Origin: an uncultured Candidatus Rokubacteria bacterium
Lineage (GTDB): Bacteria; Methylomirabilota; Methylomirabilia; Rokubacteriales; DASRDR01
Direction: 5' to 3'
Length of the DNA: 64,000 nt
Assembly: GCA_963826115.1 (NCBI GenBank)
Contig: CAWGVS010000005.1
Span: forward strand, 320,001 to 384,000
Each line of letters opens with the position of its first letter. The first letter of the stretch is position 1. A program made the position numbers and the translations under genes. Shown piece by piece: positions 38,683 through 49,154 of the stretch. The notes under the pieces are model-generated. The model ran no database searches. It saw only the letters and a list, made by a program, of their open reading frames with translations, and was not told the origin of the DNA.

Positions 38683-39924
38683 TCACGCCTGTCGGGCGCG
38701 AGATCGTTCGGCGGTCGAGCCTGGGCGGCGAGCCAGAGACGTGGAGGCGGCCGAGCCGACGACGATGAGCGCGGCCAGGAGGAAGATCGGCCGGTAGCTG
38801 CCGGTCACGTCGAAGACGAGCCCGCCCGCGTAGGAGCCGAGCGCGCCCGCCCCGTGGTGGAAGAGGTTGGTCGCGCCGAAGATCGCGCCGTGGTGCGCGG
38901 GGCCGAAGAGCTGTCCGATGAGCGACGACGCGAGCGGCGCCGTGGTGAAGAACGTCGCCCCGAAGAGCGCCGCGAAGAGGTAGAGCTGCCAGGGCTCGCG
39001 GACCAGCGGGAGGTAGAAGAGCGCGGCCGCCCGGACCCCGTAGGTGAGGACGAGGGCGCCGCGGGTGCCGATCCGGGTCGCCACCGCGCCGGCCGTGAGG
39101 ATGCCGACGACGTTGGCGGCCGCCCAGAGACTGACGGCGTTGGCCGCGACGGCGGGAGCCATGCCGAGATCCATCGCGTACGGCGGCAGGTGTGTCGTCA
39201 TCAGGAAGTCCGTGAAGCCGCAGCCCATGAGGCCGAGCGTCATCGCCCAGAAGGCCGGCGTCCGGAGGGCGGCGCGGCGGTCCACCGACGGCTCCGCGGG
39301 CCGGGGCTCCGGAGCGCCGCCTGTTCCCCGCATCCCGGGCGCGGCCGCCGCGGTCGGCGCGTCACGGAGCGTGAAGACCAGGACGCCGACGGTGATCGCC
39401 AGCGTCGCTGCCAGCAGCAGGTAGGTCTCGCGCCAGCCCACGACGGCGCTCGCGCGCCCGGCCGCCTGCGTGAACGCGAGGTGACCGAGGGAGAACCCGC
39501 AGGCCGCCACCGCGGAGACGAAGCCGCGCTCCTCCGGGAACCAGCGGCTCACGTGGATCGACACCGGGAGGATCCCGCAGCCCGTGTAGCCCACGGCCGC
39601 CACGACGCCGTAGAGCGCGATGAACTGCCAGGGCGCGTGGGCGAGGCTCACGAGCGCCGTGCCGACGGTCATGAGCGACATCGACGCGAGCATCACCCGG
39701 CGGGGCCCGAAGCGGTCGACCAGCATCCCGAAGGGCGGCTGGCCCGCGGCGTTCACGAGGAGGCTCGCGGTCGCGGCGAGCGCGAGCGTCGAGCGATCTC
39801 CCCCGAGCTCGCCGAGGATCGACTTGAAGAGGATCCCGAAGGCGAAGTTGACGCCGGTCCCGACGAACAGGACGACGAAGCCGGCGGCCAGCGCCCCCCG
39901 GCGCCCGGCGCCGGCCGCGCTCAT
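38683..39924 (-). CDS. MFS transporter
   Basis: GMLVDRFGPRR, RWFPEERG, about 12 TM segments. ATGA-coupled. Confidence 0.9.
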   Translation of the reverse strand: MSAAGAGRRGALAAGFVVLFVGTGVNFAFGILFKSILGELGGDRSTLALAATASLLVNAAGQPPFGMLVDRFGPRRVMLASMSLMTVGTALVSLAHAPWQFIALYGVVAAVGYTGCGILPVSIHVSRWFPEERGFVSAVAACGFSLGHLAFTQAAGRASAVVGWRETYLLLAATLAITVGVLVFTLRDAPTAAAAPGMRGTGGAPEPRPAEPSVDRRAALRTPAFWAMTLGLMGCGFTDFLMTTHLPPYAMDLGMAPAVAANAVSLWAAANVVGILTAGAVATRIGTRGALVLTYGVRAAALFYLPLVREPWQLYLFAALFGATFFTTAPLASSLIGQLFGPAHHGAIFGATNLFHHGAGALGSYAGGLVFDVTGSYRPIFLLAALIVVGSAASTSLARRPGSTAERSRARQA

Positions 39925-40427
39925 CGGGCCGGGAGGATCAGGCAGGTGCCGACGCCGTGGGCGAGGAGCTTGCCCGCCGCGTCCGTCAGCCGGGCCTCGG
40001 CCGTGGCCAGGCGGCTCCCGACGTGGATGACCCGGCCCTCCGCCCGGAGGCGCCCGCTGCCGACCAGGACCGGGCGGACGAAGTTCACCTTGATCTCCGC
40101 GGTCGTGTAGCCGGTGCCGGCGGGGAGCGTGGTGTGGACCGCGCACGAGAGCGCGGAGTCGAGGAGCGTGCTGATGACCCCGCCGTGCACCGAGCCGATC
40201 GGGTTGTACTGCGCCTCGGACGGCTCGCACTCGAACACCGCGCGCCCCGCGTCGACCTCGGTGAGCGTGAAGCCCACCAGCTGGCTCACCGGCGCGGGCG
40301 GGAGGCGCCTGTCCCGGATCGCCTCGAGGAACTCCCGGCCCGAGAGGCGCCCCGCGGCCTCCGCGCTCGCCGCCGGGTCGTCCCAGCGGACGGCCCGGTG
40401 CCGCGCGCCCGCGCCTTCCTCGCTCAC
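39921..40427 (-). CDS. PaaI family thioesterase
   Basis: YNPIGSVHGG...LLDSA, EIKVNFVRP. C-terminal part of ORF 39921..41201. Confidence 0.9.
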   Translation of the reverse strand: MSEEGAGARHRAVRWDDPAASAEAAGRLSGREFLEAIRDRRLPPAPVSQLVGFTLTEVDAGRAVFECEPSEAQYNPIGSVHGGVISTLLDSALSCAVHTTLPAGTGYTTAEIKVNFVRPVLVGSGRLRAEGRVIHVGSRLATAEARLTDAAGKLLAHGVGTCLILPAR

Positions 40428-40435
40428 GGACCCGC

Positions 40436-41521
40436 TCAGCGGAGGCGGTACTTCCGCTGGGCGTCGGGCGCGAGCGCCATCCCGTGGCCCGGGCGGTCGG
40501 GAATCCGGATGAGGCCGTCGGCCGGGTCGGGCCGGGGCACGTGCTCGAACAGGTCGGGCGGGAACCAGTCCATGTACTCGACGAGGAAGCCGTTCGAGAG
40601 GGCGCCCGCGACGTGGAGCGAGAGCTCGTGGACGACGTGAGGCGAGACCAGGATCTGGTGCGCCGCCGCCAGGTGCCCGATCTTGAGCGTCTCGCTGAAC
40701 CCGTTCGCCCGGCAGACGTCGGGCATGAGGTACCGCGCGGCGCGCCGCTCGCAGAGCTCCCGGAACTCGAAGCGGGTGTAGTGGTTCTCGCCGGTCGCCA
40801 CCGGAATCCGGATGGCGCGCGCGACCTCGGCGCACGCCGCGATGTCGTCGGCCAGCACGGGCTCCTCGTACCAGACGAGGTCCAGGTCCTCGAGTGCGGC
40901 GGCCAGCCGGATGTTGCCGAGGACGTCGAGCTTCTGATTGACGTCGACCATCAGCCGGACGCCGTCGCCGACCGCCTTCCGCACCGCCTCGACGCGGCGC
41001 CGGTTCTCGCGCGGCTCGGGGTGGTGGACCTTGAGCTTGTAGTAGCGGAGCCCCGCGGCGGCGTACCGCTGGGCTTCCTCCACGAGGTCCTCGAGCCGGT
41101 ACGCCGGCCAGCCGCCGCTGCCGTACGCCGCGATCCGGTCGGTGACGGCGCCCCACAGCCGGTAGAGCGGCTGGCCCGCGGCCTTCCCGACGAGGTCCCA
41201 CAGCGCGATGTCGAGGGCGGAGAGGGCATAGCCCGCGACGCCCAGGCGCCGGATCCCGCGGTCGGCGCGGTACATCCGCTCCCAGAGCCGCTCGACGAGC
41301 CGCGGGTCCTCGCCGACGAGGAGGGGCGCGAGGCGCGTCTCGAGATAGACCTGGATCGACTCGGCGCCGCCACCGCCGAACGCGAGGCTGTAGCCGAGCC
41401 CCGACACGCCCTCGTCGGTGTGGACGTGGGCGACGACGAGGCGGTGCTCGCGGAACTCGAGCGACATGGGATGGGGCGTGGGGACGGAGAGGACGGCGCT
41501 GTCGACGGACGTGATCTTCAT
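40436..41521 (-). CDS. Mandelate racemase/muconate lactonizing enzyme family (enolase superfamily)
   Basis: DIALWD, KLK, MVDVN, EEP, GEN, SPH, PGHG. Confidence 0.92.
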   Translation of the reverse strand: MKITSVDSAVLSVPTPHPMSLEFREHRLVVAHVHTDEGVSGLGYSLAFGGGGAESIQVYLETRLAPLLVGEDPRLVERLWERMYRADRGIRRLGVAGYALSALDIALWDLVGKAAGQPLYRLWGAVTDRIAAYGSGGWPAYRLEDLVEEAQRYAAAGLRYYKLKVHHPEPRENRRRVEAVRKAVGDGVRLMVDVNQKLDVLGNIRLAAALEDLDLVWYEEPVLADDIAACAEVARAIRIPVATGENHYTRFEFRELCERRAARYLMPDVCRANGFSETLKIGHLAAAHQILVSPHVVHELSLHVAGALSNGFLVEYMDWFPPDLFEHVPRPDPADGLIRIPDRPGHGMALAPDAQRKYRLR

Positions 41522-41612
41522 GAGCGTCCGTCGGGGACTATCGCAGACGCCCTCCGACCGGTCAAGGCGGCGGCTCCCCGCCACGCGAGACGCGCCGTAC
41601 AATGGCCTCGCA

Positions 41613-43013
41613 ATGCCCGGGCAGACGATGCTCGACAAGATCTGGACGCGGCACATCGTCGCGGCCGAGGCCGGACGCGCGCTCCTCTACGTGGACCGCC
41701 ACCTCCTCCACGAGGGCTCCTTCCACGCCTTCGAGATGCTCCGGCAGGCCGGGCGCCGCGTCCGCCGGCCCGACCTCTCGGTGGCGGTGACCGACCACTA
41801 CGTCCCCACCGCGCGTGCCGGGCCCGTGCCCGAGAGCCAGGGCAGGGTGGTCGATCAGCTGGTGCGGAACGCGGGCGAGTGGGGGCTCGCGCTGCTCGGG
41901 CCCGGCGACCCGCGCCAGGGCATCGTCCACGTGATCGGCCCCGAGCAGGGGCTGACGCTGCCCGGCCTCACCGTCGTGTGCGGCGATTCCCACACCGCGA
42001 CCCACGGGGCCCTCGGCGCGCTCGCGTTCGGCATCGGCGCCTCCGAGGTCGAGCACGTGCTCGCGACGCAGACCATCTGGCAGCGACGACCGAAGGTGCT
42101 GCGGGTGTGGGTCGATGGCCGACTCGGGCCGGGCGTCGCCGCCAAGGACCTCGTCCTTCACCTGATTGCCGCCATCGGCGCCGCCGGCGGGACGGGGCAC
42201 GCGATCGAGTACGCCGGCCCCGCGGTGCGCGCGCTCTCGATCGAAGCGCGCATGACCCTCTGCAACATGGCGATCGAGGCGGGCTCCCGCACGGGCATGG
42301 TGGCGCCGGACGAGGCCACCTTCGCGTACCTGGAGGGGCGGCCGCTCGCGCCGCGCGGCGACGCGTGGGCGCGCGCGGTCGGCGAGTGGAGGATTCTCGC
42401 GTCCGATCCCGACGCGTCGTTCGACCGCGAGGTCGTGCTCGACGCGTCGGAGGTCGCGCCGACGGTGACCTGGGGGACGAGCCCGGAGGACGGCGGCCCG
42501 ATCTCGGGGTCCGTGCCCGACCCGGCGACGGTGGGCGACCCGGTCCGGCGGGCGAGCCTCGGCCGCGCGCTCGCCTACATGGGGCTCGCGCCCGGCACGC
42601 CCCTCGAGTCGATCGCGGTCGACCGCGTGTTCATCGGCTCGTGCACGAACAGCCGTCTCGAGGACCTCCGCGCGGCGGCGGCGGTCCTGCGCGGGCGGCG
42701 GGCCGTGGTGCCCGCGATGGTGGTGCCCGGGTCCGGGCTCGTCCGGCGCGCGGCGGAGGCGGAGGGCCTGGATCGCGTTTTCCGCGACGCCGGCTTCGAG
42801 TGGCGGGAGCCCGGCTGCTCGATGTGCGTCGCGATGAACGGCGACGCGGCGCGCCCCGGCGAGCGCGTGGCGTCGACGTCCAACCGCAACTTCGAGGGCC
42901 GCCAGGGGCCGGGCGCTCGCACGCACCTCATGAGCCCCGCGATGGCGGCCGCGGCCGCGGTGACGGGGCGGCTCACCGACGTGCGCCGGCTTGGCCTCTC
43001 GCGGGATCCATGA
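41613..43013 (+). CDS. leuC: 3-isopropylmalate dehydratase-like large subunit
   Basis: [41 protein letters not shown]. Confidence 0.9.
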   Translation: MPGQTMLDKIWTRHIVAAEAGRALLYVDRHLLHEGSFHAFEMLRQAGRRVRRPDLSVAVTDHYVPTARAGPVPESQGRVVDQLVRNAGEWGLALLGPGDPRQGIVHVIGPEQGLTLPGLTVVCGDSHTATHGALGALAFGIGASEVEHVLATQTIWQRRPKVLRVWVDGRLGPGVAAKDLVLHLIAAIGAAGGTGHAIEYAGPAVRALSIEARMTLCNMAIEAGSRTGMVAPDEATFAYLEGRPLAPRGDAWARAVGEWRILASDPDASFDREVVLDASEVAPTVTWGTSPEDGGPISGSVPDPATVGDPVRRASLGRALAYMGLAPGTPLESIAVDRVFIGSCTNSRLEDLRAAAAVLRGRRAVVPAMVVPGSGLVRRAAEAEGLDRVFRDAGFEWREPGCSMCVAMNGDAARPGERVASTSNRNFEGRQGPGARTHLMSPAMAAAAAVTGRLTDVRRLGLSRDP

Positions 43014-43843
43014 GCTCCACCCGGGCGAGGGAGCACGGTGCCGGCGCGTCCGACTACGACCGGTTCACGGGTCGATGGTCGCGACTGTACGTCCCGTGCC
43101 TCGTCGCCGCCGCAGAGGTATCGGAGGGTGACTCGGTGCTCGACGTGGCCGCGGGGACCGGCGAGGCGACGGTCGGCCTGGCGTCGCGTGTCGGCGCCGG
43201 GGGTCGGATCCTCGCCGTCGATCTGTCCCCTTCGATGCTGAGGCTGGCGGCCGGCAAGCTCGCCAACCTCCCCGCGCGGCTGGCGGTGATGGACGGCCAG
43301 CGGCTGGCGTGCCGGTCCGGGATCTTCGACGCCGTCGTGTGCCAGCTGGGGCTGATGTTCTTCGCGGAGCCGCAGCGCGGCCTCGAAGAATGCGGGCGAG
43401 TCCTGCGACCCGGCGGCCGCATCGCGCTCCAGGTGTGGTCGCAGCCCGATCGCGTGCCCTACTATGGGTTCCTGGCCGACGCTCTGAACCGGGAGCTTCC
43501 CGAGCAACGCGACGCGCTCTACCTGCCCTCGGCCCTGGGGGATCGCGACCGTCTCCGCGCCATGTTGGCTCGGGCCGGCTTCCACAACGCGCGGGTGACC
43601 GCCGAGCGCGGGAGGCTCACGTTCGAGTCGTTCGAGGAGTACTGGGAGCCGATCGAGCGCGGGGCGTCCCGGATCGGCCAGTTCTACCTTGGCCTGCCCG
43701 AGAGCCGCCGTCGCCTGGTGCGCGACGAGGTCCTCCGGAGCATGATGCCGTTCCGGTCCGGCCAGCGGCTCCTCCTCGAGTGCGAGGCGCTCATCGCACG
43801 CGGAGTGAAGCCTGAGGCCGCCGATGTCACCAGGGCCGACTGA
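43010..43843 (+). CDS. Class I SAM-dependent methyltransferase
   Basis: [36 protein letters not shown]-terminus of ORF 40484..43843, ATGA overlap with leuC. Confidence 0.9.
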   Translation: MSSTRAREHGAGASDYDRFTGRWSRLYVPCLVAAAEVSEGDSVLDVAAGTGEATVGLASRVGAGGRILAVDLSPSMLRLAAGKLANLPARLAVMDGQRLACRSGIFDAVVCQLGLMFFAEPQRGLEECGRVLRPGGRIALQVWSQPDRVPYYGFLADALNRELPEQRDALYLPSALGDRDRLRAMLARAGFHNARVTAERGRLTFESFEEYWEPIERGASRIGQFYLGLPESRRRLVRDEVLRSMMPFRSGQRLLLECEALIARGVKPEAADVTRAD

Positions 43844-44489
43844 CGTGGACCGCTTCGCCCGGCTCACGGCCATCGCCGCGCCGCTCGATCTGCCGAACGT
43901 GGACACGGACCGCATCATCCCGGCGCGCTTTCTGCGGAACCCGCGGAGCGCGGGGTACGGCCAGTACTGCTTCCACGACCTTCGCGTCGGGCCGGATGGC
44001 GCCGAGGACCCCGGCTTCGTCCTGAACCGCCCGGCATACCGCGAGGCGAAGATCCTCGTGGTCGCGGAGAACTTCGGGTGCGGCTCCTCGCGCGAGGGCG
44101 CCGTGTGGGCGCTGGGCGGGCGGGGCATCCGCGCGGTGGTCGCGCCGAGTTTCGGCGACATCTTCCACGAGAACTGCCTCCGCAACGGGCTCCTGCCCGT
44201 GCGTCTGCCGGCGGCGATCGTGGCCGGCCTGCGTCAGGCCCTCCACGCGGCGCCCGGATCGACGGTGACCGTCGACCTGCCGGCCCAGACCGTGACCGGT
44301 CCGGACGGGGTGGCGCACGCCTTCGAGGTCGATCCGTTCCGGAAGCAGGCCCTCCTCGAGGGGCTCGACGACCTCGGCTTCACGCTGCGCCACGCCGCGG
44401 CGATCGACGCCTTCGAGGCGCGGCACGTCGCGGCCTGGCCGTGGGCCGGGCCCGCCCCGCTCGGCGTCCACGGCGGACCGCGTCGGTGA
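43824..44489 (+). CDS. leuD: 3-isopropylmalate dehydratase-like small subunit
   Basis: NVDTDRIIPARFL, NFGCGSSRE, SFGDIF, NGLLP, GLDD. Confidence 0.9.
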   Translation: MSPGPTDVDRFARLTAIAAPLDLPNVDTDRIIPARFLRNPRSAGYGQYCFHDLRVGPDGAEDPGFVLNRPAYREAKILVVAENFGCGSSREGAVWALGGRGIRAVVAPSFGDIFHENCLRNGLLPVRLPAAIVAGLRQALHAAPGSTVTVDLPAQTVTGPDGVAHAFEVDPFRKQALLEGLDDLGFTLRHAAAIDAFEARHVAAWPWAGPAPLGVHGGPRR

Positions 44490-45079
44490 GCCGGCCGGAG
44501 GACCGCGCGCGCGGGCCCGCCCGGGTCGGGCGATGGGAGCGCGTGGACTCGGAGTGGGTGTTCCGCTCGGGCTTCGTCTCGTTGCGCCGCGACCATTGCC
44601 GGCTCCCCGACGGCCGGCTCTCGCCCGACATGTACTTCATGGAGCTCCGGGACTTCGCGATGACGGTGGCGGTCACCGCGGCCGGCGAGGTGCTCCTCTC
44701 GCGCGAGTACAAGCACGGGGCCGGCGACGTCGCGCACACGCTGCCCGCGGGCTTCATCGAGGCCGGCGAGGCGCCGGACGCCGCCGCGCGCCGCGAGCTC
44801 CGGGAGGAGACCGGGCACGACGGCGACGTTTTCGAGGCGCTCGGCAGCACGCTCGTGTTTCCGAGCTTCTCGGGCGCGCGTGGCTACTTCTTCCTCGCCC
44901 GGGGAGTCGAGCGCGTCGCGGCGACGAATCCCGACGAGTTCGAGGAGATCGAGGTGGTCTCCGTGCCCGTCGAGGAGCTGCGGCGGGATCTCGCGGCGGC
45001 GGCGCCCCGCTACGTGACGGACGCCAACTCGGCGCTGGCGCTCCATCGGGCGCTCGCGCGCCTGGGCGGGCGCGGATGA
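44486..45079 (+). CDS. NUDIX hydrolase (ADP-ribose pyrophosphatase-like)
   Basis: Nudix box GFIEAGEAPDAAARRELREETG. GTGA overlap with leuD. Confidence 0.9.
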   Translation: MSRPEDRARGPARVGRWERVDSEWVFRSGFVSLRRDHCRLPDGRLSPDMYFMELRDFAMTVAVTAAGEVLLSREYKHGAGDVAHTLPAGFIEAGEAPDAAARRELREETGHDGDVFEALGSTLVFPSFSGARGYFFLARGVERVAATNPDEFEEIEVVSVPVEELRRDLAAAAPRYVTDANSALALHRALARLGGRG

Positions 45080-45128
45080 TCGCGATCACCGTCAGCCGGA
45101 GCGCTCCGGCCGACTCTGGAGGTGGCGT

Positions 45129-46052
45129 GTGACGTCACGCGTGAGACTGGCGGTGGGCATTCCCCAGGCCTGGACGACGGGCGGCCTCGACCGGGCGCGG
45201 ATCCGCCGCTACCTCGAGCGCGCGGACGCCCTCGGCTTCGAGAGCGCCTGGGTCGTGGAGCAGGTGCTGGGTGCGGTGCCGTGCCTCGAGCCCGTGGAGC
45301 TCCTCACGTGGGCGGCGGCGCTCACGAGCCGCATCCGGCTCGGGACGGCCGTCCTCCTGACGCCGCTCCGGAGCCCCGTGCACCTCGCGAAGAGCCTCGC
45401 CACCCTGGACCAGCTCTCCGGCGGCCGCCTCGACGTCGGGATCGGGCTCGGCGGGAGCGCGAAGATCTACCCGGCCTTCGGCATCCCCGCGGCGCGCCGC
45501 GTGGCGCGGTTCAACGAGGGGCTTCGCCTCATGCGCGCCCTCTGGACCGAGCCCCGCGTGACCTTCGCCGGCGAGTTCTGGCAGCTCGAGGACGCGGCGA
45601 TGGAGCCGAAGCCCCTCCAGCGCCCGCACCCGCCGCTCTGGGTCGGCGCGCACCACCCGGACGCGTTCCGTCGCTCGCTCGGCTGGGCGACCGGCTTCAT
45701 GGGGGCCGGGTCGGCGACGACGGCGACGTTCGCGAAGGAGGTCACGCTCCTCCGCGGATTCCTCGCCGACGCCGGGCGGGATCCCGCGTCGATGGAGATC
45801 GGCAAGCGCGTCTACGTCGCGGTCGACCAGGACCGCGAGCGCGCGGGGCGGCGGCTCGCCGAGTACTTCGAGGCCTTCTACGGCCGGGGGGCGCTCGCGG
45901 CCGAGGTGTCGGTCTGGGGCTCCGTCGACCAGTGCGTCGCGGGGATCCGCGAGGTGATGGCCGCGGGCGCGCGGATCGTCATGCTGAACCCGGTCTTCGA
46001 CGAGGTCGAGCAGCTCGAGCGCCTCGCCGCCGAGGTCGCGCCCCGCCTCTAG
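45129..46052 (+). CDS. LLM class flavin-dependent oxidoreductase
   Basis: LGFESAW, TSRIRLGTAV, LATLDQLSGGR, PKPLQRPHPPLWVG. Confidence 0.92.
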   Translation: MTSRVRLAVGIPQAWTTGGLDRARIRRYLERADALGFESAWVVEQVLGAVPCLEPVELLTWAAALTSRIRLGTAVLLTPLRSPVHLAKSLATLDQLSGGRLDVGIGLGGSAKIYPAFGIPAARRVARFNEGLRLMRALWTEPRVTFAGEFWQLEDAAMEPKPLQRPHPPLWVGAHHPDAFRRSLGWATGFMGAGSATTATFAKEVTLLRGFLADAGRDPASMEIGKRVYVAVDQDRERAGRRLAEYFEAFYGRGALAAEVSVWGSVDQCVAGIREVMAAGARIVMLNPVFDEVEQLERLAAEVAPRL

Positions 46053-46057
46053 GCCGG

Positions 46058-46174
46058 GGCCCGGAGCATCCCCACCACATGGCGTGGGGGGACGCCGACG
46101 GGCGGACTCTCTACCTCACCGCGCAGACGGGGTCCTACCGGATGCGCCTCGATGTTCCCGGCATCCGGCCCTGA
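46058..46174 (+). pseudogene. C-terminal remnant of an SMP-30/gluconolactonase gene
   Basis: GPEHPHHMAWGDADGRTLYLTAQTGSYRMRLDVPGIRP* matches the last propeller blade of this family. No upstream portion is present. Confidence 0.75.
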
Positions 46175-46189
46175 GCGTCGCGAGCCGGA

Positions 46190-46966
46190 TCAGGCGGGCG
46201 GCGTGTGCCGGGTGACGAAGCCCTGCACGCGCCGCCACGCGTCCGCGGACGCGTCGACGAACTCCTCCTGCTTCCGGTCGAAGAAGCTGTGCGGCGCCCC
46301 GTCGTACGTCCTGGTCTCGTGGGCCACGCCCGCACGCTGGAGCGCCTGGTCGAAGTCCGCGATCGCGCTCGGCGGGATGCCCGGGTCGGCGCCGCCGTAG
46401 ATGGCCAGTACCGGCGCACGGTAGCGGGACGCGGCGTCGATGGGCTTCGGCCGGTCCGGCCAGCGCGACAGGCCGAGCGGCCAGCCGTAGAACCCGATCA
46501 CGCCGGCGTAGCCGAGCCCGCTCGCGGCCTGGAGGAAGGAGAGGGCCCCGCCGAAGCAGAACCCGACGGAGAAGAGCGCCCGTGCGTGCCCGCCCTCCTT
46601 CGAGCGGAGGTGCGCCACCGCCGCCGCGATGTCCGCCTGGAGCGTGGCCGGGGTCGTCTGGCCGACGTGCGGGAGGTACTCGAACTTGTCGCTCCGGTCA
46701 CCGGTCCTGTCCGTCCGGGCGAAGAAGTCGATGGCGACCGAGTCCACCCCGACCTCGGCGAAGCGGAGCGCGAGCTCCTTGTAGTACGTGTGGAGGCCCC
46801 GCACGTCCGGGATCACGACCATTCCCGCGCCGGTCGGCCGGGTCGCGCGCGCCGCGTACGCGGCGAAGCGGGTGCCGTCCGCCGAGGTGAGGGTCAGGTC
46901 GCGCGCGTCGGTGGCGCCCCCCGCGATCGGGGTGATGGGCGGTCGCGAGTCGTGATCGAAGCACAT
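46190..46966 (-). CDS. Dienelactone hydrolase family protein
   Basis: PDVRGL, GFCFGG, GAPHSFFDR. Confidence 0.9.
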   Translation of the reverse strand: MCFDHDSRPPITPIAGGATDARDLTLTSADGTRFAAYAARATRPTGAGMVVIPDVRGLHTYYKELALRFAEVGVDSVAIDFFARTDRTGDRSDKFEYLPHVGQTTPATLQADIAAAVAHLRSKEGGHARALFSVGFCFGGALSFLQAASGLGYAGVIGFYGWPLGLSRWPDRPKPIDAASRYRAPVLAIYGGADPGIPPSAIADFDQALQRAGVAHETRTYDGAPHSFFDRKQEEFVDASADAWRRVQGFVTRHTPPA

Positions 46967-47063
46967 GGAGAGCCTCCCGGGACGTCGATGCGTCCGCCCG
47001 TTTCTCGTATCATTGGCGCCGGAGGCCGTCAAGCCGCGCGACCCTCACACGGAGGCCGATGCG

Positions 47064-47558
47064 ATGAGATCGGAAGGAACAGTCCTCGCCAAGCTTCATT
47101 CCCAGGGCCTTACCCTTCCCGCGGCGCTCAAGGTGCCGGCCGGGGTCCGGGTACCGTTCTCGTGGGTGCGAGTGCGCGGCAACCGCGCGTACATCTCGGG
47201 CCACGGGCCGCAGCTGCCCGACGGCAACCTCGCCGGCCCCTTCGGGAAGGTCGGGGCCGAGGTGACGCCGGACCAGGCCTACCAGTCGGCGCGGCTGACG
47301 GCGCTCGCCATGCTGGGCAGCCTCCAGCGGGAGCTGGGGGACCTCGACCGCGTCACGGCCTGGCTCCGCGTGTTCGGGATGGTCAACTCCGCGCCGGGAT
47401 TCCGCCAGCAGCCCGGGGTGATCAACGGTTTTTCCGACCTGATCCTGGATCTCTACGGACCGGAGGCGGGCCAGCACGTGCGCTCCGCGGTCGGGATGGC
47501 CGAGCTGCCGTTCGGCATCCCGGTGGAGATCGAGGGCGAGGTCGAGATCCGCGCCTGA
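47064..47558 (+). CDS. RidA/YjgF family protein
   Basis: YISGHGP, GKVG, VINGFSDL, HVRSAVG, VEIE. Confidence 0.92.
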   Translation: MRSEGTVLAKLHSQGLTLPAALKVPAGVRVPFSWVRVRGNRAYISGHGPQLPDGNLAGPFGKVGAEVTPDQAYQSARLTALAMLGSLQRELGDLDRVTAWLRVFGMVNSAPGFRQQPGVINGFSDLILDLYGPEAGQHVRSAVGMAELPFGIPVEIEGEVEIRA

Positions 47559-47580
47559 CGGGGACGACGCGGTCCCGCGG

Positions 47581-48261
47581 TCAGGCGCGGCGGAGGGCGG
47601 CCTCCGTCGCCAGCCGGTCGGCCCGCGCGTTGTAGGCCGCGTAGTCGTTGCGGCCGGCGAAGGTCGACTCGTGGCCCTTCTGGTGGCGGAAGCGCACGCG
47701 GAGCCCGCGGGCTTCCTGGAGCGCGCGGCCTGCGGCCACCACCTCGGCGACGATCGGGTTCTTCGTCTTCCACTTGCCCTCGTGCCAGGCTCCCACGCCC
47801 GCGTAGTCGTGGACCACGACCAGCTCCGAGCCCGGGGGCACCGTCGCGAGCGCGGCGTGGAGCCCGCCCAGCTCTGCCAGGATGTTCTGGAGCGCGTCGG
47901 TCGCGGCGGTGATCTTCGGGCGCGTGTCGAGGCTCGGGATCCCCGCCGTCCGGAAGACGTCGTACACCGTGGTCGCGAACTCGCGGACGGAGGCCGGGAC
48001 CCCCTCCCGCTGCTCGACGATGACCATGCCGATCCCGCCCATCGCGTTCCCGTCGACGAACGCGTAGAGGCCCGGGTCGAGGCGGAGGCCATCGCCCTGG
48101 AGCATGGCCTCGGCGACCGCGCGGCTCGTCACTCCCTGGTAGCGCGCGCCGGCGACGCCCGATACGGCCGCGCGGCACTGGTCCCAGGTCTCGTAGATGC
48201 CGCGGATCGAGGCGGGCGCGGTGACGACGTAGACCTTGCGCGACCGGCCGCCCGGGCTCAC
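47581..48261 (-). CDS. Ribonuclease HI with N-terminal hybrid-binding (viroplasmin) domain
   Basis: GIYETWDQCRAAVSG (HBD). RNase H acidic set FVDG, AEL, HDY, KGH...NARAD. GTGA-coupled. Confidence 0.82.
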   Translation of the reverse strand: MSPGGRSRKVYVVTAPASIRGIYETWDQCRAAVSGVAGARYQGVTSRAVAEAMLQGDGLRLDPGLYAFVDGNAMGGIGMVIVEQREGVPASVREFATTVYDVFRTAGIPSLDTRPKITAATDALQNILAELGGLHAALATVPPGSELVVVHDYAGVGAWHEGKWKTKNPIVAEVVAAGRALQEARGLRVRFRHQKGHESTFAGRNDYAAYNARADRLATEAALRRA

Positions 48262-49154
48262 GGCCGCGGCTCGACGATCGCGTCCGGCCGGCCGGCGGCG
48301 CCCGCGGTCTCGGCATCGAGGGCGTCGAGGAACTCGCGCAGCGCGCGCACGAACGCGTCGGGCCGGTCCAGCACCAGGTGGTGATAGGCGTCCGGGATCT
48401 CGACCAGGCGCGCCCCCGGCAGCTCTGCTCGAAGGCGCTCGGCCATCGGCCGGGTGAGGATCGGGCTCCGCTCGCCGCGCACCACGAGCGTCGGGGCGAC
48501 GATGCGCGGGACCAGGAGCCAGCCGTCGGCCGGCACGCGCGCCGCGTAGCACTCGGGGTCGAAGCGGAGGCTCACGGCCCCGTCCCGCCACGCCACGCTG
48601 GCCCGCGCCAGGTGGGCGATCAGGGCCGGATCCGCGATCGTCTCGGGCGGGAGGAGCCGGAACGTGGCGCCCGCGGCCTCGGCGCTCGGATGGCGGCGGT
48701 GCGGGCGCGCGCCGCGCTCCTTCATCTGGGCGAGCCGCTCGGCCGGGATGGCCGGGCGCGAGTCCACGATGGCGAGTCCCCGGACCCGCGCGGGATGCCA
48801 CGCGGCGCACCCGATCGCGTTGTGGCCGCCCATCGAGTGCCCGACCAGGACGGCGGACTCCCAGCCCAGGCGCTCGACGAGGGTCGCGACGTCGGCGGCG
48901 AAGTTCTCGGTCGCGTACGCGGGCGGCCGCGCCCACGCGCTCTCCCCGTGGCCACGCTGGTCGAGCGCCACGACGTGGCGGCGATCGCCGAGTCGGTCGG
49001 CCACGGCGTCGAACCAGTGCACGTGGGCGGCGCCGCCGTGGAGCAGGAGGACTCCGGTCGCCGCGGCCGGTCCCCACTCGAGGCAGTGGAGCTCGAGACC
49101 ACCGAGGTCGACGCGCCGATGTCGCGCGGTCTCGCAGGCGAAGGCGGCGCTCAC
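48258..49154 (-). CDS. Alpha/beta hydrolase
   Basis: LLHGG, DQRGHGES, GHSMGG, AYHH. Confidence 0.92.
   Translation of the reverse strand: MSAAFACETARHRRVDLGGLELHCLEWGPAAATGVLLLHGGAAHVHWFDAVADRLGDRRHVVALDQRGHGESAWARPPAYATENFAADVATLVERLGWESAVLVGHSMGGHNAIGCAAWHPARVRGLAIVDSRPAIPAERLAQMKERGARPHRRHPSAEAAGATFRLLPPETIADPALIAHLARASVAWRDGAVSLRFDPECYAARVPADGWLLVPRIVAPTLVVRGERSPILTRPMAERLRAELPGARLVEIPDAYHHLVLDRPDAFVRALREFLDALDAETAGAAGRPDAIVEPRP

Noticed and set aside
40484-43843. 1119-aa ORF resembling a giant methyltransferase fusion
   Set aside because: Only the last 277 aa (from ATG 43010) look like protein. The rest overlaps the enolase gene (antisense) and leuC (other frame).
47581-48261. Viroplasmin domain as evidence of a virus or retroelement
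   Set aside because: It is the ordinary hybrid-binding domain of RNase HI, and no reverse transcriptase, integrase or capsid gene is nearby.
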